Source: the human T2T-CHM13v2.0 reference genome, Homo sapiens. Taken from it: a stretch of 64,000 nt of DNA. The translations under genes were made by a program, and so were the position numbers. Under the pieces are notes generated by a model. It searched no databases. It had not been told where the DNA came from and worked only from the letters and a program-made list of their open reading frames with translations. Shown in pieces: positions 1 through 13,420 of this stretch; the first letter of the stretch is position 1; the number at the start of each line of letters is the position of its first letter. The stretch lies in NCBI RefSeq assembly GCF_009914755.1, contig NC_060933.1, one strand, 5' to 3'.

Positions 1-1813
1 CCTCAGGGGCGGCCTCACCGTGCCACCCTCCCCACCGTGGCCTCACGCTCTGTTGTGGGTTCGCCCTGCCATGCCGTGTAGCCATGCAATACTTGCTTTC
101 CGTAAGGCATGTTGGTCCCCTTTGCTGGGCAGACTCTGGGCTCTCCCCTGGCCACGGCGGCCTGCGGGGCTGGAGTGCGGGTGCTGGCGTGATGGTCCAC
201 GTGCCGAGACTCCTTATTTGCTACCTGTCGAAGATGTCGCTTGGATCCTTTCTTGTGAAATCTGCCGGCCTTAAAGCCATTCCCGAGGGGACGCATTGAG
301 TGGCCACAACTGGATCAGAAATGATGTGGCAGCAGGAACGCTCTTGTTCCACGGAGTTTGTTGAGCGTGCTGGTCCCTGGTTTCTGTTCTTAGTGTCTGC
401 CCTTGTGGGAGGACCGGCCAGGAGGCCTGAGCCTGTGCCATCTCGGCTCCTTCCCAAGGGCATCCGCACAGCGGAATCCTAAGTCCTCATCCGGGAAAGC
501 TGAGCAGTTTGGCCTCTCCAAGAGCACTGCTTTCTACGTGGAGCCCGTTGGGGCTTCGGAACACGAGGGCCTTACGAACACAGGGTCCCCATCCCAGAAT
601 TCCATCCCGTTGGTCCCCGGGAGGCTCCCTCACCTGAGGACCTTTCATCCTTTCCAAGGTGGCTTCACAGAGTCCAGCTTTGCCGCTTGATCTTGTCACG
701 TTTGTCCCTAGCCAGAGACAGGGCTGCCTGAGATGATACTGATTGGGCTGTGCAGGGGATGCCTTCTTGCCAGGAGAGCTCCCGCACTGTTCCCGAGGGC
801 CACGCAGGCAGCCCGACATGGTCTGGGGAAGGAGTGGGGCAGTGCCAAGGGACCGTCTTTGTGGACTTCTGCATTATTTGTGGCCGCTGCTCAGCTTCCA
901 GCACTATGTGAACACTGTGAACAAGTGCCTTGAGGCCCTGGGAGCCCCGGGAGCTGGCGCTGGCTGGAAAGGGCTGGATTCTCACTGCACAGAAAGCTGC
1001 CTCCCTTGCGTGTGCCCCCAGCCGGGCCTTGAATGTTTACGACCGGCTGAGTCCCCAGATCCTGTCCTTTCACTCTTTTTGGATCAAGATGTAGCCCCTG
1101 AATAATGACAGGAAAAGCCCAGCCAAGGGTCCCCTCTCTGGGAGCCACCCGTGCCCTCTGCTGAAGGATCTGAGGGCTTTTGCCCTGCGGTTTCCGGGAT
1201 GGGGAACGTCTAGACCAGGGACTCAAACGGACAGCAGGGGGCACTGACGCGCGGCAGCCTCACTTGGGTCCCAGGTTCACCAGTAACCCAGGGGTGCGCG
1301 GGCCGCTGACTTCCCCCGCCACCCCCGGCAACACCCCTACCCTTCAGAAAGCACTGCCTGTTACTGCAGTGCCGGCAAGAGCAGGCGTTAGGGATTCTTT
1401 GCAGGGGCATTTTCATCCAGCTCCCCGTCCTCAATTGTCACCCCCTTTACCCGTCACTTCAGTGCTTCAGTGCTGATGGGACGCCACAGAGTGCACTGAG
1501 AAATGATACCGGGAGCTCAGGGGCCTGGGCTTGCTGAGGCCTCGCCATGCAGAACATTCAGATTCAAACTGGGCCTGCCCAAGAAGCAGGGACGCAGCTC
1601 TCTCCAGCTTCAGAACGTTACAGCTGGGAACGCAGAGCTCATGGGAAAGCCATTCTCGAGGGATGGGCCCCAAGCCCACCCCGTCCGGGCCATGTGCTGC
1701 CCCCCAAGCGTGGGGGACCTGGTGCTGAGTGTGGTTGTTTGGAGCGGGGAAGGGACCGCCAGGGAGGCGGGTCCTCTTGCCTAGACTAGGGCACTCTCTT
1801 GTCCCATATTCAG

Positions 1814-1867
1814 GGTGAAGACGGCTTTCCTGGGTTTAAAGGAGACATGGGCATCAAGGGTGATCGG
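1814..1867 (+). CDS. COL5A1: exon 29 (54 nt) GEDGFPGFKGDMGIKGDR
   Basis: ttcag/...cgg/gtgagc; Gly-X-Y. Confidence 0.97.
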
Positions 1868-4135
1868 GTGAGCATCTCAGGTTTGGGATTTGGGCTGGGG
1901 AAAGCTGGGTGGGCTTGGCCGTGTGGGAGGGGGTGGGGATGTTTGCCGCCACAGGGCAGCTTCTCAGAATGGAGGTAAACTCTTGGTAGAGATTCCTGGT
2001 GGGAAGGGGACAGTGGCGTGGAGCCCAGGGCCCGACTCTCTCCAGCTCCTCTTCACCTCCTCTTCCTCAGTTTGCCCCTTGGGGACTGGGAATAACCTGT
2101 GGTCGCCAGCTCCTCCGCCCAGTGTCCCACACAGGGGGTCAGTGGGGCTGGGTTCACTTCTGACTGCACCTGTGGACTGCAGAGTTACTCACCTGACTCA
2201 AGAGGGATAAGCGGTGCCTGGGAAGAGAAAAGAGAGCAGCTACGGAAATGACCCAGCCTACCGAAGGAGCGCAGCTGCTGCCCAGGCCACACGGCCGGCG
2301 CCCACAGGGCAGCACGCGACGTGGGTCTAGGATCCCTGTGAGCCTGGGGAGCGTCCTGGTCCCCAGACAGTTCTTCAGGGTCCCTGGGACTCCCACACAG
2401 TCCTGTGGTCTGTGATTTTGGCTCAGGAGACCTGGCTTATTTTTAAATGAATAATTTAGCTCGGCTCCAGAGAAAGCCGGTGGGTGCTGGGAGGGACTGG
2501 GGCTTGCCGGCAACCACAGAAAGTGACGGGCTGCACGTTCCTGTAATTAAAGAGAAGGTGACGCAAAGGGCACGAAGGAAGGGTAGGGAGCTCTTAGAGC
2601 AGCCAGGGTGGCCAAAAGACTCTTGGAGGTTTCCCCAGTAACCTCTCAGCGAGCAGAAGCCCAGCAGAAGGAACCGAAGACGCCTCGGCCTCCGGTGGGC
2701 ACAGCCGTGGTGACAGCTGTGCACGCACCGGGACGGACATCTGTCGGCTGCAGCAGGGCTGTCACCCAGCTGCCGCAGTCATCCCCCTGCAGCACCGGCT
2801 CGCAGGTGGCTTTCCAGAACAGGAAAGCCCCACACACTTGGCACTTCGTCCCAACCTGGCAGGCAAAAGGCAGAGGCAATCTGCACCTCTGTGGGAAGGA
2901 AGGGGGAGGAAGGAGGGGATCTCTTGCGCAATGTTGTCCCAGTTAAGTTGCTGCTAAAGGCACCCATTCTAGAACTTCTTTCCTAGTAGAAGGCTCCTGA
3001 ATCCCCACATCCCAGCGGCTTCTCGGTTTGATGGTGAAAGTCCTTTTCTCCTCCTTTCTGATGCCTCTGTTCACACATGTGGCGTCCACGTGACGAGGGT
3101 GCAGCTTCAGAAGAGATGACACACGTTCCCGTGCCAGGGCTCCGAGAGTGGAGCTCTCGTTGCCATGGGACGAGGGTGGGATGCAGGGGTGGGACCCATC
3201 CTGAGCCCAGGGAACAGGACCCCATATGCGGACCTCTTCAGAGAGCACAGCCTGGCACTTTGCACCTTCTCGGTGCTCTGTAAATGTGTGCCGGGTTATT
3301 TTGTTGAACGAGAGGAACACCTCTTAGGGACAGAGAGTTCCTGACCCGATGACAGATTAGAGCCTCAGAATTAGGAAGTTATTCATTTTTCTCTATCTGA
3401 GCAATACACATTTCTGTTGTGGGCTTGCACCACTGCTTTACAGCTGCTCTTAGAGACAGATGATCAGAGGAGGATCCATCCATTGCTGGACAAAGAGTGC
3501 CGGGAAGGGCATTTAGAGACTCTGCCGTAGCGCTACCATTGCCTGGGCAGGCTCCAGAGCCCTCTCCCCTTTCTGAGCCCCGAGCTCCCAATCTGTAACT
3601 TGAGGAAGTTGGACGAGGCGGAATTTAAGCCCGTCTGTTCCTGGGACGCCTCCTGAGGCCCTCCCGTGTGCTCGTTATGCCCAGGTAACTGCCCCATCCG
3701 GGGCTGGGGTCCACTTCCATACCTCCTGGGGTTTCAGAAGCAGCAGCAGCTCCCAGTCACTCTGCTCTATTTGGAGAAACAGCAATTCAGAGCTACTATT
3801 GTTAACCAAAGTTATTTTAGCTAAGAGGCACTCAATTTAGAGAAGGTAATTGGGAAGTAGGAGCCTGCAGCCTTGAGAAAATAAATAGCAGGCAACCTCG
3901 GTGCAGAGACCAGCTTCCGCAGAGCCCGGGAGCCCGGGAATTCGCGGTACAATGCGCTCGCTTTGTCAGTGGCTCCGGGAGCAGCTCCGTGGTCTGAGTG
4001 AGGCCGAGCTGGTGGAGCAGCTCTGACCACAGGGTGCCTGTGACCTGTCCCCTTGCTCCTTGCTCTCAGAATGGTGGTGGAGAATAGTGTGTGTGCGGGG
4101 GGTGGTCTTCTCACCTCCTCTTTTCTGGCTTGCAG

Positions 4136-4243
4136 GGGGAGATCGGCCCACCCGGTCCCAGGGGAGAAGATGGCCCTGAAGGCCCAAAGGGTCGCGGAGG
4201 TCCCAATGGTGACCCCGGTCCTCTGGGACCCCCTGGGGAGAAG
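4136..4243 (+). CDS. COL5A1: exon 30 (108 nt) [12 protein letters not shown]...GPPGEK
   Basis: tgcag/...aag/gtttgt; Gly-X-Y. Confidence 0.97.
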
Positions 4244-5141
4244 GTTTGTGATGTGGGACGTTCAGCCACTTTCTTGGGAGGGATCTGACAGGCCCTTCCC
4301 CATGGCCTCGGGCTCCCGTTGGCTGTGGCTGCCCTAGGCATGGGGTGGGGGTGATTCCTGAGCGGGCTCCTGTCTCCACCCTGGGTTCTCTCTGCTGTTC
4401 CTATGAAGCTGTTGGTTGAATGATGACCCTTTCCTTGTCCCGGGTTCGCCCTTTCCCAGCCCTCCACCATCGCCTTGGAAGGCTCCTTCCTCCCGGTGGC
4501 TACAAAGCCTGCGTTCTGAGCCCCAACATTCCAGGACCCCGTCCTTGTCACATTCCCGCCTCCACAGCTGGGTAATAACGGTGTCCCCACCATGGCCTGA
4601 AGGTGTGGCAGCCTGGCAGGAAGGAAGGCCGGGGTCCTTGGAGCAGGCTCTGGGCATGCAGCCATCAATAGGCCTGCAGTTTCCAGCTGTGGGAGGCTCC
4701 TGGGCCAGCCACACACCCTGGCTCCACCCTGTTTCCACCCTGGGCTCAGGCAGGAATGGTGCATGCAGTGGTCCAGACTTCCTGCCCTATCCTGCTACGT
4801 GGACCCATACAAAAGGGCTCAGAGGTGCCCCAGGATGAACACGCTGAGTTGAGGCATTTGCCTCTAATCGCTTTGCTCCACAGTGGCAAGACCTCTCCTC
4901 CAGGGGCCTTCGCTTCTTCCTCGGTGCAGGGACCATCGGGTACCCCCTGGATTTCATGGGTGCTGGCAGTCACCCTCCACCTAGGGCAGGCAGGGCTTCT
5001 GCATAATGACGTGTGCCCCCGCCTCTGGAAACCACACCCTCCTCCAGGCCCCTGCCAGAACGCATGTCCTTTCTCTCTGCTCCGGGGAAACGGATGGAGC
5101 AATACCGTGCTGGCCATTAATGCAACTCTTTCTTCCCCCAG

Positions 5142-5195
5142 GGAAAACTCGGAGTCCCAGGGTTACCAGGGTATCCAGGAAGACAAGGACCAAAG
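5142..5195 (+). CDS. COL5A1: exon 31 (54 nt) [18 protein letters not shown]
   Basis: cccag/...aag/gtaact. Confidence 0.97.
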
Positions 5196-5450
5196 GTAAC
5201 TTCTGGCCGTGTTAGGTGTCCCGGGACAGGCGGAGGGATGTTCTGCCCGGTCTCCCCACCCTGCATCCGGCCGTGTTAGGTGTCCCGGCACAGGTGGAAG
5301 GATGTTCTGCCGATAACTTCTGGCCATGTTACGTGTCCCGGTGCAGGCGTGGGGGTTGTACCGCCAGGCCTCCTCACCTTGCATCCAGCTATGTTAGGTG
5401 TCCCGGGACAGGTGGAGGGATGCTCCACCGGCCGTCTCCACCCTGCACAG
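5196..5450 (+). repeat. degenerate ~55-63 bp minisatellite (4 units, ~117 bp higher-order period) starting at the exon 31 donor
   Basis: repeated tgtta(g/c)gtgtcccgg..cagg. Confidence 0.85.
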
Positions 5451-7099
5451 GTTCATCCACTCCCCATCCTTGGGGGCGTGTGTGACACTGTGGCTCTCAG
5501 CCTCCACCGTGTTCACTGCCTTCTGCATTAATTTGCCGAGTTGAAAGGAGGCTCTTGGGCAATGAGTCTTCTGCCCCAGTCGGCACAGACACCTGGGGTC
5601 CTTCTGTGATCCTCCTGGAGTCCCCTGCAGTCTTCTGCACCTGTTGCTTGGCTGGTGGCCCTTTTCCCCTGGGTTGTCCATACCCAGAATCCGTGGGATG
5701 GTCGCCTCTCAACTCTACCTCACCGGCGATTTGAAGGCTATTTGCTCATAATGGAGTATAAAAGAAAAAGGAAACCTTTCTTATGTGAAATCATGTTCAG
5801 GTTTAAGTGAAACAGCTCCTTGAGGCTTTGGAAATCATTGAAAATGTTATTTTTTTTCAAATCTCACATTTTATTATTCATGGTTCTTCCTTAAAGAATA
5901 ACCAGCTGCCTGCACTGGAGACATAATTAACAGCCGAAGCGGGGTCCCGTCTTTCTCAGATCTGCCTCTGCCCGAGGCATCTCCTTTTAGCCTCAGCACC
6001 TTTTCGGTCTCACTGGAGCAGTCTTGTTAACAGGAGGACGGGCGTGGTGGGCTGAGGCTGCCCTCCAGGTATTTCCATTCTCATTAAGGAAATGCTCCTG
6101 TCCGTCCTTCCTGTGGAATGCGAAGCCCCCTGCTCCGTGTGTGTGGATGCACACCCCATATGCAGGAGAGGTAGCTTGCTGTGAAACAGGAATTTCATTT
6201 AGGATCTAACAGTGGCTCGTTGAACGTGGGTGTGATGTAGCTGCTGACCGCAGCATCGTCACTGAATGTGGTCAAAGGGGCTGATGGGCACTTTTCCTCT
6301 CTTAATATACATCCCTCTGGGGATGGAAAGAAGAGAAGTTTGGGAAAGATGGGTGGTCTAAATCAAGTCCAGGCAACTTTTTGGAAAGGAATGGTACATG
6401 TGTCCTGGGCAGAGACTAGAAGTAGCCATCAGCACAGTGACCCGGTTTCTGAACTGAGCTCTGTGTCACCTGCACTGAGGTTTCCTGGGTCCTGCCCCCT
6501 GCCTAGATTGGCAGGCGGGCGTGTGAGTGGCTTGGCTGAACTCAGTCCCCTGTGAGAAATACAAGGTTTGGACATGTGTGAGCTCTTCATGGATACAAGT
6601 GTGCATTCAGGACAGGATTTTAAGCCAGACAAATAGAGACCTGCCAAAGACAGTGGCCAGCGCCAACCCTGTGGGCAGCTGAGCGACCTCACTGCGGTGC
6701 TGCTTCCTGTGTGGGTGTTTGGATATTCACCAGGTCAGAGTCCCTAAATCCATCTCTGGTCTGTGTGCACCTTGCAAACTTCTAGAATTAAAGAGCTGGT
6801 AGGTGCTACAGTCAGTGCATAAATTTGCATTCATTCCCAACTCTGCAAGCTGCTGTGCTTTATTTAAAGGGATTGTGGGACGCCAACACAACGTGCACGA
6901 GGCACAGAAAATACAATGTCACAGTGCAATGTTCATGTCTCACCTCAGTTCAGCTCAGCAGTGTGTGTCCCTTTCTCCCAAACACCAGCCACCCTCCTAT
7001 GGATATGGGCGCGTGGGGGATGGTGGCAGGGGAGGGAGCATGATGAAACTCCATTTGGCTTTCTAGAGCTGAAGCCTGTGAAATGCTTAGGAAATATTT

Positions 7100-8190
7100 A
7101 TTGAGTAGAGAGGATGGATAAAGAGATAGGTGGCTGGGTGAGTGGAGGGGTGTGGATAGGTAGGCAGATGGATGAATGGGTAGGTATGTGGGTGTGTAGG
7201 CAGATGGATAGACAGATAGATGGGTTGGTGGGAAGAGAGGTGGATGAATGGATGGGTGGGCAGGTGGGGTAGATACATAGATGGATGGATGAGTGGGCAG
7301 GTAAATAGACAAGTGGATGAATGGAGGGGTGGGTTTATAGGTAGGCAAATCGATGAATGGGTAGGTGGGTAGGTAGACACATGGATAGACATAGGTGGGC
7401 TGCTTGGCAGAGAGGTGGATGAATGGATGGGTGGGCAGGTAAGTAGACAGGTGGATGAATGGAGGGGTGGGTTTATAGGTAGGCAAATCGATGGATGAAT
7501 GGATGGGTGGGCAGGTAAGTAGACAGGTGGATGAATGGAGGGGTAGGTGGATAGGTAGACAGGCAAATGGATGAATGGTTAGGTGGGTAGGTAGGCAGGT
7601 AGATGTATACATAGGTAGGCCAGTGGGTGGATAGGTGGGTGAATGGATGGGTGGGCAGGTGGGTAGACAGTTGGGTGAATGGAGGGGTGGGTGGATAGGT
7701 AGGCAGATGGAATGAATGGGTAGGTGGGTGGGTGGGTAGGTGGATAGACAGATAGATGGATAGAGAGATAGATGGATAGACAGATAGATGGATAGACAGA
7801 TAGATGGATAGACAGATAGATGGATAGACAGATAGGTGGGCCAGTGGGTAAACAGGTGTATGAATGGGTAGGTGGGCAGATGGGTAAACAAGTGGATGGA
7901 TGGGTGGGCAGATGAGTAGACAGGTGGATGGTGGATGGGTGGGTAGACAGGTGGATGAATGGAGGCATGGGAGGATAGGTAGACAGGCAGATGGATGAGT
8001 GGGAGGATAGGTAGACAGGCAGATAGATGAATGGGTGGGTGGGTGGGTAGACAGGTAGACGGATGAATGGGTAGGTGGGTAGACAGGCGGATGAGTGGGT
8101 GGGTGGGTAGACAGGTAGATGGATGAGTAGGTGGATAGGTGAGAAGGTAGGTAGACAGGTAGGTGGGTGGTTGGGTGGGTGGGCAGGTGG
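7100..8190 (+). repeat. ~1.1 kb compound (GGAT/GGGT/AGAT/AGAC)n simple repeat
   Basis: Direct reading; includes a tggatagacagataga run at ~7742-7835. Confidence 0.95.
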
Positions 8191-8301
8191 AGTCTGGGGC
8201 AGAGGCTGTGCACTGGCATGCAGGTGGTCCCCCAGGCGGCCCATGCAGCATGACTCATTCCTGGCCCAGCTCTGATGCCTCCTCCTTAAACTCTCTTTCA
8301 G

Positions 8302-8355
8302 GGCTCTATTGGATTCCCTGGATTTCCTGGCGCCAATGGAGAGAAGGGCGGCAGG
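8302..8355 (+). CDS. COL5A1: exon 32 (54 nt) GSIGFPGFPGANGEKGGR
   Basis: ttcag/...agg/gtaagg. Confidence 0.97.
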
Positions 8356-9445
8356 GTAAGGATAGCCTGGCCCCTGGGCAGGCAGCTTGTTCGGCTGCCT
8401 CGGTGCCTAGCAAGTTGGTTCTCCAGCCGACGGCCTGTTTATTTCTCACTCTCTTGCTTCTGAAACTGCTCTCCTGAATGGCTGGCCTTAAGCTCTTGAA
8501 CTTCAGCACCACGTGTTGGTGACACTCTCCAGACGCTGGGCTGGGCAGGTATGTGATAGGAAGGGGCAGAGGCAGGAAGGAAGTGTGCTGAGAAAATGGA
8601 GCTTTCTAATTAGCACCACAATCCAGAAGGCTCTTTCAGGTCATTCTGAAAATCAGATTCTTCTCCTCTACCCAAGTGGGCTTTTCCTCCAAGCTAATTT
8701 TAAAAGGAAGGGAAAAAGGAGATTGTTTTTTCCCTTCAAAAATGTCCTGCTACTTAACTGTCGTCCAAATTTAAAGTCACTTAAATTAACATTAACTTGG
8801 ACGGGATTAGCAAGCTGCCATTGTCATAAACACCCACCAGCTTGCAGTGTGGTTTGAGTCCCCTTTGTCCTCACCCTCAGCGAAGGAACAGGGGGCCGGG
8901 CTGAGGGAGCTGTGTTCTCCCTGCACCTTCTGGAGCCCCCGCTGGCCCAGGCCTCCCTGCAGGAGCGGTCCTGGATGCTTGTTAGTGAAATCACAGTGCC
9001 TGAGCATTGCCACTTGGGAAAACAGGAGAGAGATGGTCCTCAGGCCTTGGACTCTGAGCTGGCCTTGTCCACGGGGCATATGGCGGGGACAGAGAAAGGC
9101 CAGTCTGTGGTGTACATGCAGGACAGCATCTGCAGAGCAGGCCTGGGGGACATGCTCCCCGAAAGATGGCAGAGCTCACACCTGCCTTGTAGCCCCAGCC
9201 ATGATCCTGCAGCCCTGCCCAGCCCATCCTCCTATGCCCCATCCTGCTGTCCCAGGGCAGACAGAGCTACAGGGTTGCAGCTCCCTCTTGGGCCTGTCCC
9301 TCCTGGCCAAAACCTTATGAGCAAACAAATGTGTTCTGCCAGATTCACAAAATAGGAAAAAGAAGTCTGTTCTGAGTGTAAGTTGGCAGCACAGACCCAA
9401 GGAGACTATTATCTCCATCTCCACCCCTCTCTGTCTCTGTCCTTT

Positions 9446-9850
9446 TACCCATCCATCCATCCACCCACCCATCCATCCATCCATCCACCCACCCACCAAC
9501 CCATCCACCCATCCATCCATGCATCCATCCATCCACCCACCCACCCACCCAGCCACCCAGCCATCCAGCCACCCACCCATCCATCCATCCACCCACTCAC
9601 CCATCCATCCAGCCACCCACCCACCCATCCACCCATCCACCCACCCACCCACCCACCCATCCATTCATCCATCCATCCACCCACCCATCCATTCATCCGT
9701 CCACCCACCCACCCACCCATCCATCCATCCATCCATCTATCCATCCACCCACCCATCCATCCATCCATCCATCCATCCATCCATCCATCCATCCATCTTC
9801 TATTATCTGTCTATCTCTGTCAGTATCTATCCAACCCATCCACCTCTCCA
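9446..9850 (+). repeat. (CCAT/CCAC)n simple repeat
   Basis: direct reading. Confidence 0.95.
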
Positions 9851-11527
9851 TCTGTCTCTATCCAGCTGTCATTCTTCTTCTGGAGAAGCCCTGAGTAGTG
9901 CCTTTGGGAATACACTGTCTTCTGAAATACTCTTAGGTACCACTGTGAGAAACATGGGGAATGTGAGGTACCCCGGTGGGCTGCTCCTGTGCTGGGGGAC
10001 CTTTCACACTGCACTGCAGTGAGAGTGTCTGGGAGAGGATATGGCCTTCTGCAGCTGGTCATGGGCTGTGACTGCAAGCCCTTTCCATGGAGGACTGTGT
10101 GGGACCAGGGACCTCGTGGAGCAACTGGAGCCCTTGCTCACTCCCATGCTCCTGACTGGGGCTCTGCCCCTCATGCGTCTCAGCCTCCCCACCGGCGAGC
10201 CGAGGAGCTTAGATGGATGCTCCAGATGTCCAGGGCATCAGCACTGTGGGTCACGGGACACAACACAAACCTGACTCAAGCCCAGACCTGCCAGGCACCA
10301 CATGCCCCAGTCACACATAGGAGCTACTCACAGCCTTTCTGCAGCCTCTGGGTGTCTGGCCCTGCCCAAGGACATTTCGTTCACTGCTGCACCTGGCTGG
10401 TGGCACAACCCACAACACAGACCTCAGGCCAAAAGGGCGAGGCCGTGTGCTTCCCCTTGAGCCATGGTAGTGGTGGTTCATGTGTGTGAGATGGAGCCCT
10501 GGCCTCCTTCATCTTTGCCATCACAGCTCTTCAGAGCCTCCCGTTCAGGACACTGAGCACAGCCTTTGCCCGCATGAGCCTTCAGTGGCATCGTCACTGC
10601 AGAATGAAGCCTGCAGCACTGCCTGGCTTTCTGGACAGGGTTGATGCTTTGTACCAAGTTCGGGGAATGACGGAGAGTGTGGGTGCCCTCTGATCTAGTA
10701 GGTTGGGCTTCCCGAATGTCCACAGGAAGCTGAGGGCTGGGCTGTCCTTGCAAAGGGACCCTTCCTCTTTTGTTGACTGCAGAAGCCTCACTTAGGTTAC
10801 CCAGAAGCCTCTGGGCGCTGGCTTGCCTTCTGCGCCTCGGTGAACAGATGCTGCCTCCCAGGTTTCGCCCTTGGCCGCCCTTCTTTTGCCTTGGGATTTG
10901 GACTTTGGACTTGGTAGTCTTGGGTGCAGTCCATTCACTTAAACAGCACATGCATCGCGAGTCCTTTCTCAGTGCTGGGTGTTCTGCCAGGCTCTGAGGA
11001 CTCTGGTGGTCAAAGCAGACATCCCTCTGGCATCCAGAGTGGAACACCACCTGGTAAGCAGCACTCAGAGGAGTGGTGGCTGTGATGATGAAGGACAAGG
11101 GTGAGTCAGGGAAAGGTCATAGGCACCAGGGTCTGACCCAGAAGGTCCAGGGAGGCCTCCTGGAGCAGTGACATTTTTGCTGAGCCCTGCAGGAGGGACA
11201 GAAGTGGATAGGTGAGGTATGGAAAGCAGGCAGAGCTGTGGGGTCAGGAGGTGAGGAGCCGGGGGCCGGCACAGGGCCGAGCCCGGCAAGGGAGACGTGG
11301 GAGTGGGCTGTGGGCTGCAGAGCCTGCCGGGGCAGCCAGCTGCTTTGGGGGAAGCTCTTTATCCCGAGGCACTGGGACCTACGGAAGGTTTTAGCCAGGG
11401 GGAATGGCACTGAAGATTGTTTGAAACAGCTCTGGTCCCAGTGCGGGGCAGGAATGGGAAGGGGACCATTCCAAGGGTTGAAGGGAAAGCCAGTGGGATG
11501 TCTGTGCTCATCCAGAGAGGTCTTTTA

Positions 11528-11818
<291 letters not shown>

Positions 11819-11892
11819 CAGAGAGGTCTTTTAGAAGATCTTAGATATTCCGGCCAGATGGATGCTTCTAGGTGCTAGGATGCCAGGCCTGA

Positions 11893-12010
11893 GTGTCCGC
11901 ATGCATGCGTGCATGTGTGTGTGTGCATGTGTGTGTGCATGTGTGCGTGCATGTGTGTGCATGTGTGTGTATGCATGTGTATGTGTGTGTGCGCGTGTGT
12001 ATGTGTGTCT
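11893..12010 (+). repeat. (TG)n/TGCATG repeat
   Basis: direct reading. Confidence 0.9.
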
Positions 12011-13117
12011 GCCTTCCACATGAGGGCTGCCTGCTGTCTGCCTGCTGTCTGTCTGCCTGGTCCTACCTTCTGCAGAGCTAGCGTTGGTTCTGTGGACCTT
12101 GACTATGGGCCAGACGTGGAAATGGCAGGAACATAAGCTGCTATGTCAAGCCAGCTGAAGCCAAAGGAAGAGGAGTGGGTGTGAGCAAAGTGTCGCTTTG
12201 CCCCTCGGGCCTCGGGCCAAGGAGGGATCCCAGGAGCCCCTTCCCGGGAAGGGGGAAAGACCCGCTCTTCAGATGCACCTGCCCGAAAGTGGAAGGCCTC
12301 TCCTAGCTGTGTTTGACTTCCCCAGTAGAAGGTCCCCTCTCAAGCTGCGTTTGGCTTCCCAGCATGGCCATTGCTGGGACTGTCCACTCCTTCCTAAGGG
12401 CAAGAAGACAGGTGCCCACAAGCAATTTGCAAGGGAGAAGGAAGGCTAAGGAGGCTGGGGGGGGCATTCTGTTCCACAGCTCCAGTCACAGGGACTCGAG
12501 ATTCTTTGGCTTGAGTTAGTTTATAAAGAAAACAGATGAGCAAGATGCCTGCTGGGAGCCCCAGATGGCGTTGCGGTCGAGCCGGTATTTTGCTAACTGC
12601 CAGGGCCCCAGCGCCTGTGCCTCGGGCACAGTCAGTTTGGGTTGCAGTCATTTTTGTTGCAGGATTAAACCTGTGGTCCAGGTCATAGTGGGACTGTTTT
12701 AGGGTGGAGGGTTTTCATTCTAGGGGAGGATGGGAATGAGTAAATCTGGCAGCCCGGGCTCATTCGCACCTAAATGCCAGGAGTCATCAGGTTGGCCGTG
12801 GGCATCCTCGCCTGTAGAACGCCTATCACTGGAAGAAAGCAGATGTTTCGTTAATTTTCATATGCAAATATTTATTTGAAGCCAGAGGATATCACCATAG
12901 TAATTGAAGAACTGGAACCGGAGCGCATTGTTAAAAAGCTACATAATTAACTCATCATCATAAATGGTTTTAATAAATGCATTTCAAAATGGGAGACTCT
13001 AGGAAGCAGTTTTGACTCTGGCAGCAAATGAATGAAAGATGATGAGCGGAAACTTATCTGATGGCCTCCAGCCATACAGATCCACCTTGGGCGGAGCATC
13101 AGAAACCAGTCAAGTTC

Positions 13118-13420
13118 AGCCAGGCACGGTGGCTCACGCTTGTAATCCCAGCACTTTGGGAGGCTGAGGCGGGTGAATCACGAGGTCAAGAGATCGAGAC
13201 CATCCTTGCCAACATGGTGAAACCCTGTCTCTACTAAAATTAGCTGGGCGTGGTGGCACACACCTGTAGTCTGTCCCAGCAACTCAGGAGGCTGAGGCAG
13301 GAGAATCGCTTGAACCTGGGAGGCGGAGGTTGCAGTCAGCCAAGATCACACCATTGCATTCATTCCAGCCTGGCGGCAGAGCAAGACTCTGTCTAAAAAA
13401 AAAAAAAAAGAAACAAAAAA
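13118..13420 (+). mobile_element. Alu (AluSc-like)
   Basis: Alu consensus, A-tail; TSD agaaaccagtcaagttc at 13101 and 13420. Confidence 0.95.

Noticed and set aside
6950-8258. 433/261/221-aa Pro/His/Ser-rich ORFs
   Set aside because: Translation of the (CCAT/CCAC)n strand of a simple repeat that rarely contains stops
9176-10022. Trp/Gly/Met-rich and His/Pro-rich ORFs
   Set aside because: Translation of the (CCAT)n repeat
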